A stretch of 64,000 nt of DNA from Felis catus (GCF_018350175.1 NC_058368.1:63118001-63182000), one strand, 5' to 3'. Positions 12,141-25,954 are shown, counted from the stretch's first letter. Made by a program: numbers and translations. Notes: generated by a model from the sequence alone, not told the origin.

Positions 12141-15067
12141 TAGATATTGGAATCAGTATCAAGCATGATAAAGAAGGAAGAAATCTCATCCCCTTGCTAC
12201 ATAGCATAAAGAGTGTAAGGGTTAACTGGAGTGTAATTAGTTGCATTTGTTTCTGTTTTGGTTCTAATCTGGATATAACCATGCCCAAATACTTCCTGCC
12301 ACACCAGGAGACATGTCTGTTCCAGTAAACTTAAGACCTCAGGTTATAGGGAAATAGAAACTGAATGCCTATAGTAGGTCAGTTTCAGGGAATGGATCAG
12401 GAGATACCAAGGATCAGAATGTATCAGGAAAAGAGTTTGGAGGTAGGCAATCAATGAAACTTTATTGAATACTCCAAGGTATTTCATCTATACAGAGTTA
12501 TAAGTATTCCAGAAGTCAATATGAACCAGGAGAAAAAGGGTTTCAAGGGAAAGGAAGGAAACCATTTGAGAATAGAGCCATGAAAAGTAAGACTAGGAAA
12601 AAAAAAAAAGGAAAAGGAAAACTTGTATTCAGAATGAAACATTGGATGACTGCAGGATATAGATTTCATTGTGAGACCCAAAGCAACATCGCTTTGAAAA
12701 TTTAATCAGAGAGCTGGCAATCAATGACCCTGTTTTAACACATCCCAGTTAAACAAGCATAGTGAAACAGATTTAGCTACATCCAGAGAAGGGAAAAGCA
12801 ACCAGAACTGATCCGTGTATCAGAAGTTTAAAAAAAATATTATTACTGCAAAATACAATTTTTTGTCTTTTTAATGAATTTGTTTCACCAATATTTCAAA
12901 TAAAAGATCTTGTTTTATGTAGCAAAAATAAGCATAATATATGCAAGTTTAAAAAACTTTAAAAGTAGGATTAGGTTGTCTTTTATTTTTTTAAGAGACT
13001 CTAATAGTTTACCTATAATATGTATTTGGTTGTGAACTATGTTTCTACACCAGGAGGGTGCAGTTCAAACTACCAAATCATTCACAGGGGTCGAAAAGGA
13101 AAAGAAATAGCTACACCAGCAATAAAAGCAAACATCTGTCATTTTATGTTCACAGAGCTTTAACACCATAATGAAGCTTAGATCACACTCCCCCAAAATA
13201 TATGATTATGCTGCCAAAGCCCAGTGGCAAGGAAATAACCAAACAATATGCCTAATTTATTTCCTTGAACAACTGATCTTGTGCAGTGTTCTAAAATTGA
13301 AAATAATCTCTGCTACTTGCTTTCCTGAAAATATCTACGGATTAAATATTTCTTGTGAGCGTTTAATGAAAGGCTGATTTTAATTATAATCATTTACCAT
13401 GCAGATTAGGCTTGAATCAGCCTGCTCATTAATATCATATCTGGGTTACAAAATAAATATACCACCTAAATTTTATTAAACGTGCTTAGAGTTTTGAGAT
13501 ATTAGAGAATGTAAACTTTTAATTATGATACAAATTAACAGATTATTTTACGACTTGATACAATGTTTGTTGTTAGCTGATGTAAATAGTTGCAAGTATA
13601 GTGCATATGCAGGATTTCTTTCTTTTGTTGACATTAACAAGAAACACCTCTTTATAAAGTTCATTTCCATTTACAATTGTAGCTTAGGCCTGAGCATTTT
13701 TTTCCTCATTACATGTGAATCATTAATCATACAAAATGAATGCAGCATGGCTTTTTGTTCTTGGGAATGATGTGCTTTGTGATGAATACTTATTATCATA
13801 AATCTTTCTAAAAGAGGTCCTAATAGCATCCAATAACTTGTAACAGCAGTGAGTAAAATTTAAAGTGTACTCTTTTCCACCAGCTTTTATATTTGAAGCC
13901 AGCATCAATTTTCACAAGGACAATTTAAAACACAGGCATGTAAAAACAAATATCCACACCATCAGTAATGCAAAACACATTTTCTACTGTTTTTCTCCTG
14001 AACAGGATTCCACAATGCCCTTTGTTTGTTTCTTTTTTCCTCTTCTAATGTCATCAGAGCCTACTGCTCCATAATTAGTTTCTTTTGCCTTAGTAAAACA
14101 AAGTTTCACTAATTTTTTGTTGAGATCCAGAGAATGTACAAACATATCAAAGAAAAGAAAAAAATTGTGAAAAATAAGATCACTTTACCATTGTATGGCA
14201 ATTTTAAAAGAGATTTTTTATGCCTATATTTTTGACATTTGGTTTATTTTTTTAATTGAAATCTCTACTTCTGACATTTAAACCCTTAAATTAGTCATTT
14301 GTGATGGGATTAAATAGGGTTTAGGATATTTTTGTGTGTACATCCTATATATATATATATATATATCCATATACTATATAATGTGACGTGCATATTTTAT
14401 ATATTACGTATATCTTAACATATATACATATACATATACGTGACTGATTTTCACACAACTATGCTCACACCCAAAGTGAACCAGGATTGAATGTCCTTGT
14501 GAGAAAGTCCTGAGGAATATGATAAATATCTGTAGATCAAAAGACAAGTTTTTTTTTTTAAATCAAAGAGCAAGTAAAAATTATCTCACAAAATTATACT
14601 ATAGTTATAATTATTAAACAGCACTTTGGAGTCTTCTATAATTAATTTCCTCTTACAAATTACTAAATTTTGACATTCCTATTTAAGATCAGTATAGTTG
14701 TACAAGGAATAATTTCCTGGAAACATTGAGATCATTTAAGGAACGATATGGAAGAAATTTTCAGATATATGTCATCTGTTGATTTTTGTTGCTCTTCTTG
14801 TTTCAACTTAAAATAGTTTTAGAAACATCATAAAAAGATGTCAACTTCTAAAATTTTCTATAATTGAGACACAGCAAAGTAATTGTTGCATCTTCCGCTG
14901 GTGAAAAAGGAATCATGAATAAAGCTATTCAAAACCTTTAAGCACTTCATGATTACTATAATAGTCATAATACTTTGCTGAGTTTCTACAATTATGACCC
15001 CAGTACTCTTTTTAGTTTTAACTCCATTAATCTCTGTGAGTCCAGATAACAACTTCTAATGTAAGGA

Positions 15068-16955
15068 TTTGTTGTTGTTTCGTTTTTAAATTGAAGTATA
15101 GTTGACACACAATGTTACATGAATTTCAGGTGTAAATCATGGTGATTGGGTTGAGTTCACACCTTATGCTGTCCTCGCCATAAGTGTAACTGTTAACCAT
15201 CACCATACAATGCTATTACAATACCTTTTGCTATATATCCTCTACTGTACCTTTTATTCCTGTGACTCATTCATTCCATAACTGGAAGTCAGTATCTGCC
15301 ACTCGCCTTCACCTATTTTACCCATCCCCCTACTCCCTCCCCTCTGGCAACTATTAGCTGCCTGTATTATGGCTCTGTCTCTGCTTGTTTATTTTTTGTT
15401 TGTTTGTTTATCTTTTTAGATTCCACATTTAAGTGAAATCAGATGGTATTTGTCTTTGTCTAACTTATTTTATTTAGCATCATACACTCTGGGTCCATCC
15501 ATGTTGTAACAAATGACAAGATCTTATTCTTTCTCATGGCTGAGTAATATTCCATTGTGTGTATACATACATGTATGTACATTTATATATACATACATGT
15601 ATGTACGTGTATGTATACATACATGTATACATACACATACATACACACCACATCTTATTTTCAATTCATCTGTTGATGAAAATTTGAGTTGCTTCCATAT
15701 CTTGGCTATTGTAAATAATGTTACATGAACAGGGGTACATTTTTTTTTTCAAAAACTGCTTTGAGGTTTTTTGGTTTTGTTTTTGTTTTTTTTAAGTAAA
15801 TATCCAGTAGTAGAATTGCTGGATCATAGGGTAGTTCTATTTTTAATTTTGGGGTCAACTTCCATACTGTTTTGCACAGTGGCTATACCAATTTACTCTC
15901 CCACCAACAGTGCATGAGAGTTCCTTTTTCCTCATTTGCATTATTACCAACGCTTATGAGTTCTTGTCCCTTTTATTTTAGCCATTTTGACAAGTGCAAG
16001 GTGATAACTCATTGATAGTGATGTTGAGCATCTTTTCATGTGTCTACCATTTGTATGCCTTCTTTGGAAAAAAGCCTATTCAGGGCCTATGCCCATTTTT
16101 TAAATTGGATTATGTGTGTTTTTTGGTTTTGAGTTGTATAAGTTCTTTATATAGTTGAGTATTAACCCCTTATCAGATATAACATTTGCAAATATCTCCT
16201 CCCATTTTGTAGGTTGTTTTTTTTGTTTTGTTGATAGTTTCTTTTGCTGTGCAGTCTTTTTATTTTGATGTAGTCTTAATACTTTATTTTTACTTTTGTT
16301 TCCCTTGCCTCAGGAGACCTATCTAGAAAGATGTTGCTATGGCTATTATCAGAGACATTATTGCTAGTGCTCTCTTCTAAAATTTTGATGGTTTTAGCTC
16401 TGACACTTAGGTCTCTAAACCATTTTGAGTTTGTTTTCGTGTAGGGTGTAAGAAAGTGGTCTAGATTTATTCTTTTGCATTTAGTTATCCAGTTTTCCCA
16501 AAACCATTTACTGAAGAAACTTTCTCCCATTGTATATTCTTGCCTCCTTTATCATAGATTAATTGACCATATAAGTGTGGATTTACTTTTGGGCTCTCTA
16601 TTCTGTCCTATTAATTTGTGTGTCTATTTGGGGGCCAGTGCCATACTGTTTTCATTACAACAGCCTTATAGTATATCTTGAAATCTAATATTGTGACAAC
16701 TCCAGCTTTATTCTTCTTTCTCAAGATTGCTTTGGCTATTCTGAGTTTTGTGGCTCCATACAAATTTTATTATTTCTTCTAGTTCTGTGAAAAATGCTGT
16801 TGGTAGTTTCATAGGGATTGCACTGAATCTGTAGATTGCTTTGGGTATTATGGACATTTTGACAATATTCTTCTAATCCATGAACATGGAATATCTTTCC
16901 ATTGTTTGTGTCATATTCAGTTTCGTTCATCAGTATTTTACGGTTTTCGGAGTAT
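15068..16955 (-). mobile_element. 5'-truncated L1 (carnivore/L1MA-age), ORF2 3' part plus 3' UTR
   Basis: It begins with an antisense L1 3' end (ttgaagtatagttgacacacaatgttaca). The ORF-track pieces 16276-16530 and 16736-16930 read as decayed ORF2 ([24 protein letters not shown]). It appears to split a MIR whose remainder is at ~16960-17105. Confidence 0.93.
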
Positions 16956-17823
16956 TGTAAAGTAGGTTTTTATATCTCTCTTTTATAAATAAGCCAAATG
17001 AAGTTCAAAGGACTTATGCAGTTGGCCTCTTAATACCTTACCAAATACATGGCACAGGGCAAGATTAGAGTGCAGATTTGCCTATATTCAAACCCATCTC
17101 CTGCCACTGTCTGTCTTTTTATTGGTTATCTTGATTTCTCTTAGTGTTAAAATTATATAGGTGTCGTTTTAGGTTCTCCCTATAAGTAAACGTGAGAGCA
17201 CATACTCAGACATATAGTATAAATACAATAGTTCGTAGATGTCTACAGCTAACCAACTCAGAAGGACCATGTCAAGAGGATTTGCTGTGTGCTTTAAAAG
17301 GTAACTTTTACCATTATGTAGAATTCAACTTTGAAAGAATATTATCATTTCTGATGTCATCACTTTTTAATATACTGAAAAATATATTAATGAGTAAAAT
17401 TGATTTATATACATGTGTTATTTTATGCTCAGTATGTATTTTGGGCAGAATATTTACATTATCAAATAATTTAATTGGTCTTAACGATTTCCTATAGAAC
17501 AGTGAAATATGATTAAGTATTGCTAATACTATTTTCTTATCTATAATAACATAAGATAAAATATAATTGAATATTTTACACATTATAAATATATATAACA
17601 TTATGTGTAGGTATATAAACATGTACACATATGCATATATATAAGAAATTCAAATTTTAGGTATTTAATTCTACAGTTCAACTCATCCTTGCAAAGAAGT
17701 GCATAAATTACATATGTATTTTTTTAACTGAACTTAATCATTGTTTTTGGATATACTATGAACAAAGTATAATGCTGATTTAGTTAGTTGAAGGTATTGT
17801 CATGTTATAAAAATCAAATTTCA

Positions 17824-18030
17824 GGGGTGCCAGGTTGAGCATCTGACTCCTGATTTCAGCTCAGGTCATGATCTCACAGTTTCCTGAGATTAAGCCCTAC
17901 ATTGGGCTCTGCTCTCACAGCATGGAGCCTGCTTGAAATTCTCCCTCTCCCTCTGCTCTTCCTTTGTTCTCTCTGTCTCTGTCTCTATCTCTCTCTCTCT
18001 AAGCATAAAAATTTTTTTAATAAAAAATAA
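17824..18030 (+). mobile_element. Can-SINE with A-box deletion
   Basis: ggggtgcc is joined directly to aggttgagcatctgact. A CT tract and an approximate TSD aaaaat(c/a)aaattt are present. Confidence 0.88.
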
Positions 18031-18313
18031 AATTTGAAGTTGATATTATCAGTATTATCAACAGTGGTAATTATATGGTGTAAGAAGAAAATATAGAAAT
18101 TTAGGAAAATCATATTAGTACTGGGGTGATAATGATTAAGTACCAATTTCTAAACAGGTGATTGTCAGTCAGGGAATAAATGCTCTTGTGCGTGCTATTA
18201 TGTTCTTACTTGTGAACAAGGTACCTGAGGATATATAAATACAATAAAGATCTCTGTGGGTCAAATGGAAGCAGAGTTGCCATCAGTTTCTTCCATCTAA
18301 AATCACCTAGGCA

Positions 18314-18695
18314 TCTTTCTCTGACTGACTTATTTTACTTAGTGTAATACCCTCCAGTTCTATCGATGTTGCCGCAAATGGCAAGATTTCATTCTTTCTC
18401 ATTGCCATATGTTTTCACTCATATGTGGATCTTGAGAAACTTAACAGAAGACCATGGGGGAGGGGAAGGGGAAAAAAAAGTTACAAACAGAGAGGGAGGG
18501 AGGCAAACCACAAGAGACTTAAATACAGAGAACAAACTGAGGGTTTATGCAAGGTGGGGGAAAGGGGAAAGTGGGTGATGGATGGACATTGAGGAGGGCA
18601 CTTGTTGGGGTGAGCACTGGGTGTTGTATGGAAGCCATTATGACAATAAATTATATTTAAAAAATTCATAAAATAAAATAAAAATATTTTAAAAA
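18314..18695 (+). mobile_element. Felid L1 3' fragment with 5' inversion
   Basis: 18314-18407 is antisense L1 and ~18405-18695 is sense 3' UTR plus tail. The degenerate 16-bp TSD lies at 18298-18313 and 18696-18711. Confidence 0.9.
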
Positions 18696-19278
18696 TAAAG
18701 TCATGTAGGCAAAGAATAAGAAGAGGAATTCTACACTTTTATTTCCATGTATAATTGAGAAATGGCCTTGGATGGATTTGCAATGTACAATTAATTCAAC
18801 TTAAGCTATTTGTTGTCTCAAATTTTTTCACATAATTGTCTGTAATGGCAGAGGAGGGTAGACATTTGTCTCTAGACTGGGAAAGCACAGCTCAAGGAGG
18901 CTAGGAAGCATAGTATTTCTTTGAAGGCTTACAGTTTATAATTTCATACAATTCTCTATTTGTAATATTTTCTATTTGTGTAATGTAATAAGAGTTTTAA
19001 ATGTGCAGTTAAAGCCATAATTATCCCCAGTGTTACTGCTGATATTTCATAAAGACTCACTCATGAAAATTCTTGTGTGAGAGATGTGATCTTAATATCA
19101 CTTTCAGATATCCTAAAGTCTTAAGGTTCAGTTTCCCATTTTTATCAGTTCACTATGATTTTCATAATTTAACATAAAAATGTAAAAGCTACAACAGAAA
19201 AATGTATATTTGCACAATATGGAGTACTCTTGAAGATATTAGAGGGGTTTTTGGTAAAATTTTACAGGTATGTTAAAT

Positions 19279-19482
19279 GTTTATTTTCGAGACAGAGCAA
19301 GACACAGAGTGCAAGCAGGGGAGGGGAAGACAGAGGGAGACACAGAATCTAAAGCAGGCTCCAGGCTCTGAACTGTCAGCACAGAGGGGCATGTCAGCAT
19401 GTGGGGCTTGAACTCATGAACTGTGAGATCATGACCTGAGCTGAAGTCGGACGCTTAACTGACTAAGCCACTCAGGCGCCCC
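19279..19482 (-). mobile_element. Can-SINE
   Basis: The TSD core ggtatgttaaat lies at 19267-19278 and 19488-19499. Confidence 0.93.
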
Positions 19483-19553
19483 ACATGGGTATGTTAAATA
19501 AGATGTTTAGTTTGTATGGATTTTATTCTGAATTTCTTCATTGAAATCTTTTT

Positions 19554-19756
19554 CTAAGTTTATTTTGAGAGAGAGAGCGAGCCAGCGAGCACACATGCAA
19601 GGGGGTGGATAGAGAGAGAGGGAGAGGGAGAATCCCAAGCAGGCTCTGCACTGTCGGCCCAGAGCTCAATGTTGGGCTCAATCTCACGAACCATAAGATC
19701 ATACCTGAGCCGAAATCAAGAGTCAGATGCTTAACTGACAGTCATCCATGTGCCCC
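19554..19756 (-). mobile_element. Can-SINE (older subfamily)
   Basis: The TSD tgaaatcttttt lies at 19542-19553 and 19757-19768. Confidence 0.92.
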
Positions 19757-20719
19757 TGAAATCTTTTTTGTTTGTTTTAAATTATCTAAACTTAGGAGAA
19801 AACATATTGAAATACCTATATAAATATATTTACATACATATAACCTACAGGCATATTTGAAATTCACATACCTTAAAGTCAGACTAGTCTTTTTATTTAT
19901 TAAGAAAAATTTTAATTGATCTTGATGTTATTATGAGGACACATGAGGAACAGCATACTGTGAATCTGGAATTTTTCTTTATTAATATATATTAGCTTCC
20001 ATTATATTTTCATTTTTGAAGGTCTCTGTGTTCTGTGCTGGCAAAATATGCTCTTAAAATATGTTCTATCATAAATACTAGTTGCAGATGATAATAGGGA
20101 GCTATGCTAGTACTCATATATAAACCATGTTTATCTTTCAACTTCAGAAACAATAAAATGGTCATTTCCCCCATTTTTCCACTTCTGTATGTAAAATGTT
20201 AATAGGATCCCTAAGTCCATCTATGATTTTTAAAAGTTCTGATAATTATGCTACCTATTAGATTATTTAAATGAAGTAAACTGTTTAATCCATTCTGTAT
20301 CTTAAAAAATATACTATTTCACAACGGCATAATTTTAATTTCTATCGTCTCTTCTTCCATTGAAATACATGTGTAATTAGACCACTCACAGTAGGCTATA
20401 AACAACCTTTTTAACAAGTATCTGTCTCTCATATTTTCAGTTTTACAGTTCCTAGAATATGGGAAAGCTTTATTTATTATGTAGTCAGTGAGGACCAGAA
20501 GGCTTTCTGCTAGATCCTACACAGAGAAAGAGAGAGACTGAAAAAGGAAAAAAACAAAAACCTTTCCCCTCAAGACAAGCCCTGGTTACCAGAAGGAAGA
20601 AAAAAAAAAAGGCAAGTTGCAGACGTAAAAGGTCACATAACACAAACTCATCCTATTTCTCAAGTGGCACTTGAGTGAGTCTTACATGAAGTGGCACTAA
20701 CGTGAGTCTCATGAAAGTT

Positions 20720-21475
20720 GGAAACAAAAGTCAGAGAAGAGCTGGCCCACCATGCGTGGTTCTTCACTATTGTTGTATACAGCAGCAGACAGTGGACATA
20801 GAAGAAGGCCATTTCAGACAGAGGAAAGGAAACCTAAGTTTTCTGCAAAAGTTCAAGGAGGTGCATTGGCATTTTGTTCTGGCCTAATGGAGCAGATGAC
20901 ATCATATTATTTTCATTTTAGAAAAAGTGCTCTAGCAAACTGGAAAATGGGCTCTAAGAAAGAAGTAGGAGCCAATGAGACTATTCAAAGCCTGTTACGT
21001 TCCAAGCAGAAACAGTAAGGTCCTGAAAAAGAAGCAGCAGTGGGAATGGAGAGGTGGAAATATTGAGAAGAGATTCTAGAAGAGTATTTGCTGGCCCATG
21101 GAAGCAGGGAATGAGAGAGAAGGAAGTATCTAGGTAAAAGAATGCATTTGGCTTGGATGACTGACCAAATGGTAATTCTCTTCCCTGATTGAGGGACTTG
21201 TAAGCATAAGTGATGAGTTTCCTTTCCGTGTTGAACTTGAAGTAGTTGTGGAAGGGGAGGTCCAATGAGAGCCCAGAATTTGTTTTAAAAAGTCAAATGA
21301 AAAATGTGCTGCGGCAACACATATTTGGTAGTCATAACAATGATAATCGTAGCCTGTGATGGAGCTTAAATGATACAAGAGACATCAAATGAGAATGAAA
21401 AGCAGGAGAATGGCAGAACCTTAGAAGACACCCATATTTAAGAACCTGGCAAGGAGAGAGGCAGCTTTGAAAGAG
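20720..21475 (-). mobile_element. L2 LINE fragment
   Basis: The + strand is purine-rich with antisense L2 motifs (cattttagaaaaagtgctctagca; gcagtgggaatggagagg; cagaaccttagaagacacccatatttaag). Confidence 0.65.
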
Positions 21476-22062
21476 AATGAAATGTATGGATCTCTTTATT
21501 TTGCACCCGCTAGACACTGCTTCCTTGAACAAATGAACATTGTCAGCTACACAGAATTTCCTTGGAAAGATGTCCATTTATTTCAGTGATGCTGTCATTG
21601 CTCAAAGCACTTTATTAGGTTCTCTTTCATCTTACCTCTGGACTAGAAACATTTTCTTTTTAATATGGTCAGTGGTGGCCACGCTTTATCCTTTGACAAT
21701 AAATGTGTTTCTTTAGAAAGAGCTCAGATGTCAACAAGATACAACTATCCAGTAATGATCCTTATTATTCTTCAAATGTGTTGTAAGCTGACTGAAGGCA
21801 ATGTCAGTGTGAGGAGTTTGAAATTAAAAATAAAAAGCCATATTTTAATCATGTTCAAAATAAGTACTCTTCTAAAGTGACTTCTTTAAGACATTTTAAT
21901 ACATTTATTATTTGTAGATATGAAGTCAAATGTTATACATTACAATATTAAGTAACCCATCCTCTAAATAATATTACTGAATCTACATAATTTAATGTGG
22001 CTTCTGTCTTTTATACAAACCTTTTCACTATCTTTTTTGTCTTTCAAACCTGGCATCTCTTT

Positions 22063-22064
22063 TT

Positions 22065-22134
<70 letters not shown>
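22063..22134. repeat. (TTTC)18 tetranucleotide microsatellite
   Basis: A perfect TTTC array sits in the poly(A) tail of the adjacent minus-strand L1. Confidence 0.95.
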
Positions 22135-22135
<1 letters not shown>

Positions 22136-22554
22136 ATTTATTAATTTATTTATTTATTGTATTCTCAAGTTAGTTAACATGTAGTGTGGTCTTGGCTTCA
22201 GGAGTAGAATCCAATGATTCATTACTGACATATAACACCCAGTGCTCATCCCAACAAGTGCCCTCCTCATTGCCCATCACCTTTTGTCCCTATCCTCTGT
22301 CAGAGTGGCTAAAATAACTCAGGAAACAAAAGATATTGGGGAAGATGTGGAGAAAGGGGAACCCTCTTGCACTGTTGGTGGGAATGCAAACTGGTACAGG
22401 CACTCTGGAAAACAGTGTGGAAGTTCTTCAAAAAAATAAAAATAGAGCTACTCTATGACCCAGCAAGTGTACTACTAGGAATTCATCCAAAGGATACAAA
22501 AATGCTGATTCGGAGGACCACATGCATCCCAATGCTTATAGCAGTGCTATCAAC
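22135..22554 (-). mobile_element. Carnivore L1 3' fragment with inverted ORF2 C-terminal segment
   Basis: 22135-~22296 is antisense 3' UTR. ~22297-22554 is sense ORF2 ([19 protein letters not shown], the L1 cysteine-rich C-terminus). Confidence 0.9.
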
Positions 22555-22645
22555 CTTTTAACTGTCTTGAGATTAATGATTCAGTGTAAATTCAAACCCC
22601 ATTTTAAAGTTTTATTAAAACAGGCCCTTGCATTTTTAGACGTTG

Positions 22646-23122
22646 CAGATACTCCCTGACTTAGGATTTTTTGACTTTATGATAATGCCAAAGTGATATT
22701 CAGTAGAAGCCATACTTTGAATTTTGAATTCTGCCCTTTTCATGGGCTAGCAATATGCAGTATGATCCTCTCCCATGCTGGGCAGCTATATTGAGCCAAA
22801 GCCTGCAGTCAGGCATGTGATCCTGAGAGTGCCAAACAGTACATTGACAACCATTCTGTACCCATACGACGATTCTGTTTTTCACCTTTAGAACAGTATT
22901 CAATAAATTACATAAGATAGTCAACAGTTTTTTATAAAATAGGCTTTGAGTTAGAGGATTTTGCCCAATTGTTGGTTAATGTAAGTGTTCTGAGCATATT
23001 TAAGGTAAGCTGGGCTAAGTCATGATGTTCAGTAGAATAGGGGTCTTAAATGCATTTTTCACTTAAGATATTGTCAACTTACTATGAAGTGTATAACCCG
23101 CCTGTAAGTTGGGGAAGAACTA
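22646..23122 (-). mobile_element. TcMar-Tigger element (Tigger5/MER47-like)
   Basis: It has TIR-like ends cagatactccctgacttag / gtaagttggggaagaacta. The internal aaaataggctttgagttagaggattttgcccaa...aatgtaagtgttctgagca matches MER47. Confidence 0.85.
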
Positions 23123-23250
23123 GATTTTATTGCTTGTGCAGTACTGATTAATCTTAATTTGCATGAGTTGTCTATCTTTATTACAAAGACATTGAGAAGT
23201 GGACATGTCACCTGTTCTAAGAGTTAACAGATCTTGGCAATCTTTTTCTT

Positions 23251-23466
23251 TTTTTAAAAAATTATTTAATGTTTATTTATTTTTGAGAGACAGAGACAGA
23301 GTACAAATGGGAGGGGCAGAGAGAGACACACACACAGAATCTGAAGCAGGCTCCAGGCTCTGAGCTGTCAGCACAGAGCCCGACACGGGGCTCAAACTCA
23401 TGAACAGTGAGATCATGACCTGAGCCAAAGTCGGATGCTCAACCTACTGAGCCACCCAGGCAGCCC
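23251..23466 (-). mobile_element. Can-SINE
   Basis: The TSD tggcaa(t/c)ctttttctt lies at 23235-23250 and 23469-23484. Confidence 0.95.
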
Positions 23467-24538
23467 AGTGGCAACCTTTTTCTTATTTCTCTCTTAAAAG
23501 CTGTCTCCACTGATATAAGTTAGATGTATTTCCAATCTAGTTAGAGGTCAATCTAAGAGATGTTTATTCATTTATTTCAGAAACACTAAAGTACAAAGAT
23601 CACCTATTATGTACCAAGATACCAACAAATTGTGCTCAATGATGACCGTAAAACAGAGTCACTTATGGTTTCTATCTTTGATCAGCTCACAAGAAATAGT
23701 ATGTTAGAGGCAGCGTTGAACTAAGGCTCCTACATCTGAAATTAAACTAGTCAGACAAGATTCTATTTTTCCATTTATCATGTTACATAGTTTTATGATT
23801 AAAACTAGGATTCCCAGATTTTGAAGTACAAGTTTGGAAACAGGCTTACAGTACTATTGCTCTAACTTAATGCTCTTAGCATATAGTCTATACAGGTCTA
23901 TTATTATTATTATTACAAAAGGCCATTACACCCACAGTCTTCTTAATCCTGAAATTTTGTCAAATTAATTTCTAGGGAAAAATTGTTCTAATTTTTATTT
24001 TAGCCCATATTTCTATTTTTTTCATGTAAACCATGATTGAATTCAGTTTCTGAAACATTAAGAAATGTTTCCTTTTAATATGACTTCAATTAGTCTAATT
24101 AATGTATCCAGAACTTTCTCTGTATTGAAAAGAAGATTGCTAAATGGGTTTAAGGTTAATAAATCGCCTGGTAGACATATTACAAAGCTTGGATACGATT
24201 TATTCTCAAGTCAGCATTTGGAAATGTTGAAATGAAGGCTGTTTGACCTCGTACAAAAAATTCTTGATTGGCTGAAAGATTGGATTAGGTGAACTCTAAA
24301 GTTGCTACTAACACTGTGATGTTATGAATGCTTTCCACTAATTTAAACTAGAACTGTTAGTACTCAGTTCAACCTTTGCTTTCTATCTAAAACTCTGTGC
24401 TAGGGTAATCTTATATATTAATGTAACTGTCATGCTTAAACTCTGTGAACCCCTGGATCATGTCTAATTTATCTTTTTATCCCTAGTGGAGCATTCAGTA
24501 GAAAGACACTTAGAAATGTTGGTCTCATTAGTCCCTTT

Positions 24539-24540
<2 letters not shown>

Positions 24541-24576
<36 letters not shown>
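24541..24576. repeat. (AC)18 microsatellite
   Basis: Perfect dinucleotide run. Confidence 0.95.
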
Positions 24577-24582
<6 letters not shown>

Positions 24583-24590
24583 GAAAGTCA

Positions 24591-24751
24591 GAGGCACCTG
24601 AGTGTCTCAGTTGGTTAAGTGTCTGACTTCAGCTCAGGTCATCATCTCATGGTTTGTGGGTTTGAGCCCCACATCAGGCTCTGTGCTGACAGCTCAGAGT
24701 CTGGAGCCTGCTTCGGATTCTGTGTCTCTCTTTCTGCCCTTCCCCTGTCTG

Positions 24752-24797
<46 letters not shown>

Positions 24798-24819
24798 AAT
24801 AAATATTAAAAAAAAATTT
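24591..24819 (+). mobile_element. Can-SINE
   Basis: The TSD aatggaaagtca lies at 24579-24590 and 24820-24831. Confidence 0.95.
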
Positions 24820-25954
24820 AATGGAAAGTCAAAGACCTGAGACTCTGGTGCCAGTTACTGGTGAATTGCATTTTTATCTTGATCCCTGGGCATGTGAGTG
24901 ACAAAGCTACAGGTTTCAACACTTTGTGCTGCGCACTTACATGTTGTATTTCTGTACCTGTAATGCCTTGTGATTCCTTTTTTCATTGCCCATCCCCAAG
25001 CACTTACTGTTATTCTACAGTCTTTGAGTCTAGAGTCTCCTAGTAGTTTTCCAACCTATGATTATATATTACACAAAAACTGCCACAACCACACATTTTA
25101 ATCAGATGCACTGACTTTTCCTCATGCAACAATTCACTGTCTATAGTCATCAAAACCAGTTAAGAGATCTCAACCTTATTCTTATCTTAGCAAGCTATCT
25201 GCCTCCATTTAGTCACCAAATGAAACACTTTGATTAAAAGGGTTCTGTAGATATCCATACAAGTGCAACAACAAAGGAATAAAACTTGATGGGATGAAGA
25301 AAATGTTTGCAACATTTACCATTCTAATCTAAAAATTATGAGGTCATGTCTTACTACCCAATAATGAATGGAGGCAAGAGAATAATTCTGAGCATATTTA
25401 TGCTTAAGTGTGAAGTATTTAATTATAGGCATACTGAATTGTAGAAGTAAGTCATTATATAGGTAGCATGTTTGACTCTATTCAGGTCAAATAATCCCAG
25501 TTAGCTGGTAAATAAATAGCAAACACAGGAACTTATAAAGGAAGAAGAAAAGTGAAGATTCAGAAGGCAAATAATTTGTTGTGCTTAAGTTGTATGCCAG
25601 ACACCATGCTGGCCTCATCGCTGCCTTTTAAAACAAGATTGTTACAATTGGATGGTCCCCAGGCAAATGTGTCAGCCGTACCAGGGGGAGCACACAGATT
25701 GCCAGTGGTTGGCTCAGGTCACTCAAGTTGGCTCCTAATTTATGATTATAGTGACTTTTCTTTTGCAACAAGGGTTCCATAGTTTGAATTGGCCCCTTGA
25801 GTTTTGGGATTATTGAATCTCAATTTCCTACCCATCTTTCGGTGATCATGAGCCCCAGGTTACCCATAGCCCCATGTGAGAGACTCCCTACTCCAGTGCC
25901 AACTCCATGAAACCCCACTAGCAGTCTAGACCCTGTTTGACCCACATATTGGTT

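Noticed and set aside
16276..16930. ORFs with L1 ORF2-like peptides (also 22367-22561, 39663-40244)
   Set aside because: They are frameshifted fragments of truncated L1 copies, not functional CDS.
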